64,000 nt of DNA from Actinomycetales bacterium (lineage in GTDB: Bacteria > Actinomycetota > Actinomycetes > S36-B12 > UBA5976). Made by a program: the position numbers and the translations under genes. The notes under the pieces were generated by a model, which ran no database searches, was not told the origin of the DNA, and saw nothing but the letters and a program-made list of their open reading frames with translations. Location of the stretch: NCBI GenBank assembly GCA_018969715.1, contig JAGWXT010000001.1, forward strand, positions 10,877 through 74,876, read 5' to 3'. Positions 7,835-15,555 of the stretch are shown piece after piece; position 1 is the stretch's first letter, and every line of letters begins with the position of its first letter.

Positions 7835-10336
7835 GTGCACGCCACCGACGTCACCTCGGTGCGCATCGCCGGTGCCCCCCTGACCGACGCCGACCCCACC
7901 CCGGTGAGCCTGGCCGCCGATATCTACCTGCCCGCGCGCACGCCCGCGCCCGCGGTGATCCTCGCGCACGGCTTCGGGGGCAGCAGGCTGTCGGTTGCGG
8001 GGCAGGCGCAGCAACTTGCCGCGGCCGGTTTCGTTGTCGCCGCCTACACCGCACGCGGTTTCGGTGACTCGTCCGGGACGATCTCGATGAACGCGCCCCG
8101 CTTCGAGGTCGCCGACGCCGCACGGGTCGTCGACTACCTCGCGCGCCTGCCCGGTGTGCAACTGGACGGGCCGGGTGATCCGGTGGTCGGGGTCGCCGGG
8201 GGCTCCTACGGCGGGGCGCTCGCCCTGCTGCTCGCCGGTGTCGATGACCGCGTCGATGCGGTCGCCGCGGACATCACCTGGCACAGCCTCGCCGATTCCC
8301 TGCTCGCCCAGCAGCGCATCGGGGTGGGGCAGCCCGGGGTGTACAAGCAGCTGTGGACCTCCACCTTCTTCAGTGCGGGCCTCGCCTCCCCGCCGGGCCG
8401 CGCCGATGAGTGCGGACGCTTCTCACCCCAGTGGTGCGCCGCCTACACCACGATCGCCACCACCGGGACGGTGACCCCGCAGATCAGCGCCCTCATGGCG
8501 GCCTCGTCCCCGGCGTCGGTTGCCGACCGCATCACCGCGCCAACCCTGCTCGGCGGGGGGCAGGCGGACTCCCTGTTCCCCCTCGCCCAGGTGAACGCCA
8601 CCGCCGAGCACATCATGCGGGCGCACCCGGCCACCCCGGTGAAGGTGGTGTGGCACGCACAGGGCCATGACGGGGGGGTGGATGAGTCCGCGCGGTGGCA
8701 GGACCTGACGCGCGCGTGGCTGCTGGCTCACCTCGCCGACGGTCCGCCGGTCGCCCGCGATTTCGAGGCATCCCTGGTGGCCGGCTCGGCGTTGAGCGAC
8801 CGGCAGGCCGGCACGGTGGTGGTGCTCACCAGCCCGTCCTACCCCGGACTCGACGGTGACACCACCGTGCCCATCGCCATCGACGGGCCAGCGCAGCAGG
8901 TGCTCGCCCCCGCCGGTGGTGTTCCCGCGGCGGTGAGCTCCCTGCCCGGCATCGGCGCGGCCGGCGGCCTGCTCGGCGTGCTCGGCGCCGGCCTCGCCGC
9001 CAACCAGACGGCGGTCTTCCCCGCCGCGCCGCTGACCGCGCCGGTGCGGGTCATCGGCGCCCCCCGGGTTGCCATCACCGTCGCCAGCGCCGAGCCGGTG
9101 CGCGATGTGGTGCTCTTCGTCGCCTTGCGCATCCGCACCGGTGCCGGGGCAACGCTGCTGCCCGCCGGACTGGTGTCGCCGGTGCGGGTGGACGAGGTCG
9201 GACCGACCCCGCAGGTGATCGACGTGGAGCTGCCCGCGATCGTGGCCGATATCGCCGCCGGGGACGCCCTGATGCTCACCGTGGGGACCACCGACCAGGG
9301 CTACCGGCTGCCGACGGGCCCGGCGGTGTACACGATCGGACTGCTCCCCGGCGCCACAGTCGTGCTGCCTCAGGTGGCGATGACCGCCGCCGGGGCACCG
9401 CTGCCGGTGTGGGTGTGGCTGGTGCTCGCCCTCGGGGTGTGCCTGCTCAGTGTCGGTGTGCTGCGCCTGTTGCGACCCCGCGACCGGCCCGGGGGGCGCA
9501 CCTCCGCGCCGTCCGCGCCGAGCCCGTCCGCGCCGAGCCCGTCCGCGCCGAGCCCGTCCGCGCCGAGCCCGTCCCTCCCACTGCAGATCAGCGGGCTGGT
9601 CAAGCAGTTCCCGCGCGGGGTGCGCGCCGTGGCCGGGGTGACCGTCGAGGTGCCCCCCGGGGTGGTGCTCGGGCTGCTCGGGCCCAATGGGGCCGGCAAG
9701 ACCACCACCCTGCGCATGGCGATGGGACTGATCCGGCCGACCGCGGGGGAGGTGCGGGTGTTCGGGGAGCCGGTGGCGCCCGGTGCGCCCGTGCTCGCGC
9801 GCATCGGCGCCTTCATCGAGGGCCCGGGGTTCCTGCCGCACCTGTCCGGACGGGAGAACCTGAGCCTGTACTGGCGGGCCAGTGGCCGGGACCGCACCGA
9901 GGCGCACCTGGCCGAGGTGCTCGACATCGCCGGACTCGGTGCGGCGGTGGCGCGTCCGGTGCGCACGTACAGCCACGGCATGAAGCAGCGGCTGGGAATT
10001 GCCCAGGCGATGCTCGGCCTCCCCGAGCTGCTGCTCCTCGATGAGCCGACCAACGGCCTTGACCCGCCGCAGATCCGCCACATGCGCGAGGTGCTGCGCG
10101 CGTACGCCGGCGATGGCCGAACCGTGATCCTGTCCTCCCACCTGCTCAGCGAGGTGGAGCAGACCTGCAGCCATGTCGTCGTCATGCACCGGGGCACGGT
10201 CATCGCCTTCGGCACGGTCACCGAGCTGCTCGCCGGACGCGCCCACCTGGAGGACGTCTTCATGGAGTTGGTGGGCTCGGACCATCTGGCCAACTCCGGT
10301 CCGTTGGCGCAGCCCCCTGCGGCGGCCCACCGGTGA
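7835..10336 (+). CDS. Fusion protein: CocE/NonD-type alpha/beta hydrolase - single TM helix - ABC transporter ATP-binding domain
   Basis: 833-aa ORF. The N-terminal ~500 aa carry HGFGG and the nucleophile elbow GGSYGG. A hydrophobic helix follows (PLPVWVWLVLALGVCLLSVGVL), then an (APSPS)x4 linker. The C-terminal 253 aa have Walker A GPNGAGKTT, signature YSHGMKQR, Walker B LLLLDEPTNGLD and H-loop SSHLL. The true start may lie upstream (see findings). Confidence 0.8.
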   Translation: MHATDVTSVRIAGAPLTDADPTPVSLAADIYLPARTPAPAVILAHGFGGSRLSVAGQAQQLAAAGFVVAAYTARGFGDSSGTISMNAPRFEVADAARVVDYLARLPGVQLDGPGDPVVGVAGGSYGGALALLLAGVDDRVDAVAADITWHSLADSLLAQQRIGVGQPGVYKQLWTSTFFSAGLASPPGRADECGRFSPQWCAAYTTIATTGTVTPQISALMAASSPASVADRITAPTLLGGGQADSLFPLAQVNATAEHIMRAHPATPVKVVWHAQGHDGGVDESARWQDLTRAWLLAHLADGPPVARDFEASLVAGSALSDRQAGTVVVLTSPSYPGLDGDTTVPIAIDGPAQQVLAPAGGVPAAVSSLPGIGAAGGLLGVLGAGLAANQTAVFPAAPLTAPVRVIGAPRVAITVASAEPVRDVVLFVALRIRTGAGATLLPAGLVSPVRVDEVGPTPQVIDVELPAIVADIAAGDALMLTVGTTDQGYRLPTGPAVYTIGLLPGATVVLPQVAMTAAGAPLPVWVWLVLALGVCLLSVGVLRLLRPRDRPGGRTSAPSAPSPSAPSPSAPSPSAPSPSLPLQISGLVKQFPRGVRAVAGVTVEVPPGVVLGLLGPNGAGKTTTLRMAMGLIRPTAGEVRVFGEPVAPGAPVLARIGAFIEGPGFLPHLSGRENLSLYWRASGRDRTEAHLAEVLDIAGLGAAVARPVRTYSHGMKQRLGIAQAMLGLPELLLLDEPTNGLDPPQIRHMREVLRAYAGDGRTVILSSHLLSEVEQTCSHVVVMHRGTVIAFGTVTELLAGRAHLEDVFMELVGSDHLANSGPLAQPPAAAHR
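9503..9574 (+). repeat. In-frame 15-bp tandem repeat (SAPS + APSPS x4) forming the TM-to-ATPase linker
   Basis: Direct reading of gcgccgagcccgtcc-type units. The translation is SAPSAPSPSAPSPSAPSPSAPSPS. Confidence 0.85.
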
Positions 10337-11223
10337 GCGGCTACGCGCCGTCGCGGACCCTCGGGGTGCGCGTGGAGCTCATCCGCCAGGTGCGACGGCG
10401 CCGCACGGCCATTGCCGCGGCCCTCGCCCTGGCCCTGCCGGTGATCGTCGTGCTGGCCGTGCTCTTCGGGCCCTCCGGCCAGGACAGCGGCGGTGGGGGT
10501 GGGGGTGGCGGCTTCGGCGGTGGCGGTGGGGGTGGCGGCTTCGGTGGTGGCGACCTCGACCTCATCGGCCTTGCCACCGCCGGGGCGTGGAACTTCACGA
10601 TGACGATGCTGTTCTTCTCGTCCGGCTTCCTGCTGGTCATCATCGCGGCGATGTTCCTCGGGGACACCGTCGCCAGTGAGGCCTCGTGGGGGACGCTGCG
10701 CTACCTGCTGATCGCCCCCGTCCCCCGTCGTCGGCTGCTGCGCGTGAAGGTGACGGTGGGGCTGCTGCTCACCCTTGCGGTGCTGGGGATCCTCGTGGTG
10801 ACCTCGTTCGGCGTCGGGTGGCTCGCCTTTGGCGCCGGGACCCTCGCCAGCCCCCTGGGTGGATCCCTCGACGCCGGGCAGTCCACCGCCCGCCTGCTGC
10901 TGATCGCCGGGTACATCGCGATCACGCTGCTGGTGCCCGCGGGCCTGGCCATCCTGATGAGCGTCACCACCGATGCACCCCTGGGGGCGGTGGGGGCGGC
11001 GGTGGTGATCGTGACGGTGGCGAACATCCTCGATGCGATCGACGCCCTCGGCGACCTGCGCCGCTGGCTGCCCACCCACTACGGGGCGGCATGGGTGGAT
11101 GCCCTCGGGCCGACGATCGTGTGGGACCAGATGGCCATCGGGGTGGCGTCCAGTGTCGCCTTCTTCGCGCTCACCGTCACGGTGGCGGTGCTGCGGTTTG
11201 ACCGCAAGGACATCCTGTCCTGA
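10333..11223 (+). CDS. ABC-2 type transporter permease
   Basis: GTGA overlap with the upstream ATPase. There are multiple hydrophobic segments and an ABC-2-like region (SWGTLRYLLIAPVPRRRLL). A Gly-run loop lies at 10489-10551. Confidence 0.8.
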   Translation: MSGYAPSRTLGVRVELIRQVRRRRTAIAAALALALPVIVVLAVLFGPSGQDSGGGGGGGGFGGGGGGGGFGGGDLDLIGLATAGAWNFTMTMLFFSSGFLLVIIAAMFLGDTVASEASWGTLRYLLIAPVPRRRLLRVKVTVGLLLTLAVLGILVVTSFGVGWLAFGAGTLASPLGGSLDAGQSTARLLLIAGYIAITLLVPAGLAILMSVTTDAPLGAVGAAVVIVTVANILDAIDALGDLRRWLPTHYGAAWVDALGPTIVWDQMAIGVASSVAFFALTVTVAVLRFDRKDILS

Positions 11224-11241
11224 GGCCCACCATCCGATAGG

Positions 11242-11628
11242 TTGCCCGTCATGTCTATTGCCCTGTGGATTGCCGCAGCCGTGCTCGCCTTGGCGATGCT
11301 CGGTGCGGGCCTGCTGAAGGTTGCCCGCTCACGCGATCAGATCGTCGCGATGGGGTTGACGTATGCCCAGCACTTCCCGCCAGCGGTGATCACCACCATC
11401 GGAGTGCTCGAGATCCTCGCCGCGATCGGCTTGATCGTGCCGGCGCTGACCGGGATCGCGCCGGTGCTCGTCCCCCTCGCGGCGACCGGGGTTGCGGTGC
11501 TCATGGCCGGTGGGATCGTCACCCACATCCGACTGCGGGACCCGCTGGCGAAATCGGTGCCCGCGCTCGTGCTGCTGCTCCTCGCGGTGTTCATCGCGTG
11601 GGGACGCTTCGGCCCCTTCGCCCTGTAG
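11242..11628 (+). CDS. DoxX family membrane protein
   Basis: 128-aa ORF with four hydrophobic helices and DoxX-like GVLEILAAIGLIVP / AGGIVTHIR segments. Confidence 0.7.
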   Translation: MPVMSIALWIAAAVLALAMLGAGLLKVARSRDQIVAMGLTYAQHFPPAVITTIGVLEILAAIGLIVPALTGIAPVLVPLAATGVAVLMAGGIVTHIRLRDPLAKSVPALVLLLLAVFIAWGRFGPFAL

Positions 11629-12248
11629 TGCCGGCCGCGCCGATCGTCACGGCGGCGGTGCTGCTGGCAACCGCCGGGGCGCTGTCGCCGGCGGTGGCGA
11701 GCTCGCCCGCAGCACAGGATCGACCGGCCGCGGAGTACCGGGTCGGCGACACCGGCCCCGGCGGTGGTGTGGTGTTCTACGACGCGGGGACGCGCGCGGG
11801 CTGGGGTCGGTACCTCGAGGTCGCCCCCGCGGGCTGGTCGGGTGCCACGAGGGATCCGCTGGCGCCGTGGTGCCCGCAGGAGCGGCCCGGCCACGACGCA
11901 CCGGTGCCCACCGGCACGGCGATCGGCACGGGTCGGGCGAATACGGAGGCGATCATCGCGGCCTGCGGCGGACGCACGGCGGCCGGCGTGGCGGCGCGCT
12001 ACCAGGGTGGCGGACGGACGGACTGGTTCCTGCCGTCCACGGATGAGCTGGCCGCGCTGTACGACCGGGCCCGCCGGGGCAGTGCTGATCGCGGACGGAT
12101 CGGGCTGCGTTTCGCACTGGTGTGGAGTTCCACGCAGCATCCGCGGATCGTCGACGGCGCATGGGCGCAGACGTTCACCACCGGTGAGGCGGTTGGGGAT
12201 CTGAAGTCCAGCGCAATGAAGAAGGTGCGGCCGATCCGCGCGTTCTGA
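11628..12248 (+). CDS. Secreted DUF1566 / Lcl C-terminal-like domain protein
   Basis: GTG at 11628 overlaps the DoxX stop. The N-terminus looks like a signal peptide (VPAAPIVTAAVLLATAGALSPAVASSPAAQ). The sequence also contains DWFLPSTDELAALY and ends in KVRPIRAF. A truncated paralog lies at 55678-56154. Confidence 0.6.
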   Translation: MPAAPIVTAAVLLATAGALSPAVASSPAAQDRPAAEYRVGDTGPGGGVVFYDAGTRAGWGRYLEVAPAGWSGATRDPLAPWCPQERPGHDAPVPTGTAIGTGRANTEAIIAACGGRTAAGVAARYQGGGRTDWFLPSTDELAALYDRARRGSADRGRIGLRFALVWSSTQHPRIVDGAWAQTFTTGEAVGDLKSSAMKKVRPIRAF

Positions 12249-12250
12249 GT

Positions 12251-12275
12251 CGCACCCCGCGCCCCGCCGGGTGCG
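12251..12275. terminator. Candidate bidirectional hairpin between convergent genes
   Basis: CGCACCC (12251-12257) pairs with GGGTGCG (12269-12275) around an 11-nt loop. The hairpin sits in the 41-nt gap between two convergent stop codons. There is no U-tract. Confidence 0.3.
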
Positions 12276-12289
12276 GGGTCAGCCTCGGC

Positions 12290-13534
12290 TCAGGCGGGGA
12301 TGATGACGGGCATCGCCTCGGGCTTGCGCACCGCGAGCAGTGCCCCGTACGCAACCGGGCCGGCGGGTGCCAGCGGGGTGGGCAGCTGGGCGAGAGCCCG
12401 CAGGGCGATGCGCGACTCAAGCCGCGCAAGGGGCGCGCCGAGGCAGAAGTGCGCCCCGTGGCCGAAGCCGACGTTGCCGGCGTCCGCGCGGTCGGGGTTG
12501 AACACCCCCGGGTCGGTGAAGCGACGAGGGTCCCGGCCGGCCGCGCCGATCATGAACAGGATCGGCTCACCCGCCCGGATCGGGGTGCCGGCGATGACCG
12601 TGTCAACCGGGGAGACCCGCGACTGCCGGTGGATCGACGGGTCCCACCGCAGCACCTCCTCGACGAACGGCTCCGCGCGGGCGGGGTCATCGGCCAGGGC
12701 GCGGCGCAGGTGCGGGTGAGACATGAGCACCCGCGCCCCGTTGCCGATCAGCCCCTCGGTGGTCTCGAACCCGGCGAAGAACAGCAGGATCACCATGGCG
12801 GTGATCTCGTCGCCGGTGAGGGCATCCCCATCGTCCCGCGCCTGGGCGAGGGCGGTGAGGAGGTCATCCCGCGGGGACTTCGCCCGCTCGGTGAGGGCCT
12901 GGGCGATGAACGCGTCGGCCTCGAGGACGGCCGCCTGCGCGGCATCGGCGGCGGCATCGGTCATGGTCGCCGACGACAGCAGGGTGACCACCGCCTCGGA
13001 CCACCGGCGAACGGAAGCCAGGTGCACCTCGTCGATGCCGAGCATGCGGCAGATGACCATCGCCGGCAGCGGGAAGGCGAATGCGGTGCGCAGGTCGAAC
13101 GGCTGACCGACGGGGAATGCGGCGACCAGTCGGGCGACGATCGCCTCGATCTCGTCGCTGAGCCCGGCCACCCGGCGAGCGGTGAACGCGCGGGAGACGA
13201 GGCGGCGCAGCCGCGTGTGGTCGGGGGCGTCCCGGAAGGACATCATCCGGGCCATGCACGCGATCGCCTCAGCGTTGCGCTCCCGCGCGGCTGGGCTGAG
13301 GGTGGTGGCAAGGGTGGGGATGCGCGCGCCGCTGGAGAGCCGCAGATCCGACAGTCCGACGCCGACCTCGTCGAAGGGGCTCACCAGCCAGGCGCCGATC
13401 TGCTCACTCCACACCACGGGGGCCTCGGCGAGCAGCCGGTCGTAGAACGGGTAGGGGTCGGCGAAGAACGCCGGGGTGAGGAAGTCGGTCGCAACCCAGT
13501 CGGGGGTCGCAGGACGCTCGGCGGTGACGGTCAC
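12290..13534 (-). CDS. Cytochrome P450
   Basis: Heme-Cys loop FGHGAHFCLG, I-helix AGFETT and an ExxR motif (EEVLR). GTG at 13534 gives 414 aa. The rest of the 754-aa track ORF is antisense to rpmB and the DAK2 gene. Confidence 0.9.
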   Translation of the reverse strand: MTVTAERPATPDWVATDFLTPAFFADPYPFYDRLLAEAPVVWSEQIGAWLVSPFDEVGVGLSDLRLSSGARIPTLATTLSPAARERNAEAIACMARMMSFRDAPDHTRLRRLVSRAFTARRVAGLSDEIEAIVARLVAAFPVGQPFDLRTAFAFPLPAMVICRMLGIDEVHLASVRRWSEAVVTLLSSATMTDAAADAAQAAVLEADAFIAQALTERAKSPRDDLLTALAQARDDGDALTGDEITAMVILLFFAGFETTEGLIGNGARVLMSHPHLRRALADDPARAEPFVEEVLRWDPSIHRQSRVSPVDTVIAGTPIRAGEPILFMIGAAGRDPRRFTDPGVFNPDRADAGNVGFGHGAHFCLGAPLARLESRIALRALAQLPTPLAPAGPVAYGALLAVRKPEAMPVIIPA

Positions 13535-13559
13535 GGGTGGGGACGGAGTGCAGCGGCGC

Positions 13560-13763
13560 TCAGCGGGTGACCTTCTTCTGGCCGGGGACCTTGCCGGCGC
13601 GAAGGCAGGAGGTGCACACATCGAACCGGCGCGGGGTGCCGTCGACGACGGAGCGCACCCGCTGGATGTTCGGCCGGAACTGCCGCTTGGTGCGGATGTG
13701 GGAGTGGGAGATGGAATGCCCGAACTGCGGGCCCTTGCCGCACACATCACACGTACCAGCCAT
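13560..13763 (-). CDS. rpmB: 50S ribosomal protein L28
   Basis: 67 aa: [36 protein letters not shown]... Confidence 0.9.
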   Translation of the reverse strand: MAGTCDVCGKGPQFGHSISHSHIRTKRQFRPNIQRVRSVVDGTPRRFDVCTSCLRAGKVPGQKKVTR

Positions 13764-13868
13764 CCCCCCATGCTAGCCGCACCCCCGCCGCCGGTGACGG
13801 GCACCATCGGTCGGCGAGCGCCGGTGGTTGGACGCGTCGCCGGTGACGGGACGGCTAGCCTCGCTGGG

Positions 13869-15515
13869 GTGGAGGTGAGCGACGCAGCCACCGGGTGGCT
13901 GCGGGGGTGGCTCGACCGGGCGCTGGCCGATCTCGACCAGGCACGATCGGCTATCGACGCGATGAACGTCTTCCCGGTGCCCGATGGCGACACCGGGACG
14001 AACATGTACCTCACCCTCGAGGCGGCCGTCCGGGCGCTGCCCTCGCATGCCGGCGCCCACGACTGGCCGAGCCTTGCCCGGGGAGCCCTGCTGGGGGCGC
14101 GGGGCAACTCGGGGGTGATCCTCGCCGAGTACCTGCGCGCGCTCGCGGGGGTCTGCGGATCGTCCGATTCGCTGGCGGCGGAGACCCTCGGCGAGGCGCT
14201 GCGCACGGCCGCGGTGGCGGCCCGGGGCGCGGTCGTGCGGCCAGTGGAGGGGACGATCCTCACGGTTGCCCAGGCGGCGGGGCAGGCCGCGGGTGGGACG
14301 AGCCCACGGGAGGTGGCCGCCGCTGCCGCCCGCGCCGCCCATGAGGCGCTCGCCGCGACACCGCGCCGGTTGAGCGTGCTCGCCGATGCTGGGGTGCTCG
14401 ACGCCGGCGGCGCCGGGCTCACGGTGATCCTTGATGCGCTCGCGCGGACGGTGGCGGGGGGCGCCGGGGCAGGGGCGGCGGTGGCGGGCGGCGCCGGGGC
14501 GTGGGCGGCGGGGGGCGCCGGGGCGGGGCCAGGGGGTGCCGGGGTGGCGGCCACCGAGGCGTGGCGGCAGTGGGCCCCCGCCCGGGTCGGCGCAACCGAG
14601 CGGGGGGAGGACTCCTACGAGGTCATGCTGCTGCTCACCGCCCACAGTCCCGCGGCGCTCAGCGGACTGCGCGACGACCTCGACCGGATCGGGGACAGCG
14701 TCGTCATCGTCGGCGACGCCGACCTGGCATCCGTCCACGTCCACGTCGCCGAGGCGGGCCCGGCGATCGAGGCGGCGTACGCCTGCGGACAGGTCTCCCG
14801 ACTGCAGGTGACGTGGCTGGGTCGGCGTCCGGCCGTCGACGGGGCCGTCCGCACCGGACGCACCGTTGTCGCAACAGCGCACGGACCCGGCACCCTCGCC
14901 CTGCTGCGCGATGTGGGGGCGGCCGTCGTGCCGGTGGCCGCGCGCTCCCGGCCGGCGGTAGCCGACCTGCTCGATGCCGCCCGCCAGGGCAACCGGCCCG
15001 AGGTCGTCCTGCTGCCGGGGGATCGGGACAGCGTTCCCGCGGCGGAGGCCGCCGCAACGGTGCTCCGCGAGGAGGGCACCCGAGCGGTGGTGATCCCCAC
15101 CCGGGCGATCGTGCAGACCCTCGCCGCCCTCGGCGTGCACGACCCGCAGCGTCCCTTCGATGATGACGTCGTCGCGATGAGCCGGGCCGCCGCCGCGACC
15201 CGGTACGGCGCGCTCACCCTTGCCGAGCGCCGCGCGGTCACCACCGCGGGCATCTGCGAGCCCGGCGATGTGCTGGGCGTCATCGACGCCGACATCGTGG
15301 AGATCGGAACTGAACTGCCCGCGACGGCGCGGGCGGTCGCCGGCCGCCTGCTCGCCACCGGGGGGGAGCTGGTCACCCTCGTCACCGGGGCGCAGTGCCC
15401 GCAGGAGGCGGTCCGAGCCGTCACGGACTGGCTTGGACGGGAGCACCCGGCTGCCGACATCACCCTCATCGACGGCGGTCAGCCGCTGTGGCCGCTCATC
15501 ATCGGCGTTGAGTGA
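13869..15515 (+). CDS. DAK2 domain fusion protein (YloV-like)
   Basis: Contains DAK2 motif FPVPDGDTGTNM and GARGNSGVIL. The start is uncertain (GTG 13869 or 13875, or earlier). The gene is divergent from rpmB and upstream of recG, as is usual. Confidence 0.75.
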   Translation: MEVSDAATGWLRGWLDRALADLDQARSAIDAMNVFPVPDGDTGTNMYLTLEAAVRALPSHAGAHDWPSLARGALLGARGNSGVILAEYLRALAGVCGSSDSLAAETLGEALRTAAVAARGAVVRPVEGTILTVAQAAGQAAGGTSPREVAAAAARAAHEALAATPRRLSVLADAGVLDAGGAGLTVILDALARTVAGGAGAGAAVAGGAGAWAAGGAGAGPGGAGVAATEAWRQWAPARVGATERGEDSYEVMLLLTAHSPAALSGLRDDLDRIGDSVVIVGDADLASVHVHVAEAGPAIEAAYACGQVSRLQVTWLGRRPAVDGAVRTGRTVVATAHGPGTLALLRDVGAAVVPVAARSRPAVADLLDAARQGNRPEVVLLPGDRDSVPAAEAAATVLREEGTRAVVIPTRAIVQTLAALGVHDPQRPFDDDVVAMSRAAAATRYGALTLAERRAVTTAGICEPGDVLGVIDADIVEIGTELPATARAVAGRLLATGGELVTLVTGAQCPQEAVRAVTDWLGREHPAADITLIDGGQPLWPLIIGVE

Positions 15516-15555
15516 GTCCACCGCGGATGCGGGTGGGACGCGGGGTGGGCGGCCG

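Noticed and set aside
9503-9574. Short regular repeats (here and at 40129-40299, 49030-49083 and 58780-58848) as possible CRISPR arrays
   Set aside because: The units are 15-36 bp and directly abutting with no spacers. They are in frame inside coding regions, so they are coding tandem repeats and not CRISPR.
8423-11079. Very long minus-strand ORFs (8423..10330, 635 aa; 9370..11079, 569 aa) opposite the hydrolase-ABC and permease genes
   Set aside because: Their translations are Arg/Gly/Pro/His-rich low-complexity strings with no motifs. The plus-strand genes carry clear catalytic motifs. These are typical stop-poor antisense frames of high-GC DNA.
12290-14554. The 754-aa minus-strand ORF taken as one gene
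   Set aside because: Only the last 414 codons (from GTG 13534) form the P450. The upstream part overlaps rpmB in another frame and runs antisense to the DAK2 gene, with Ala/Pro/Arg-rich nonsense.
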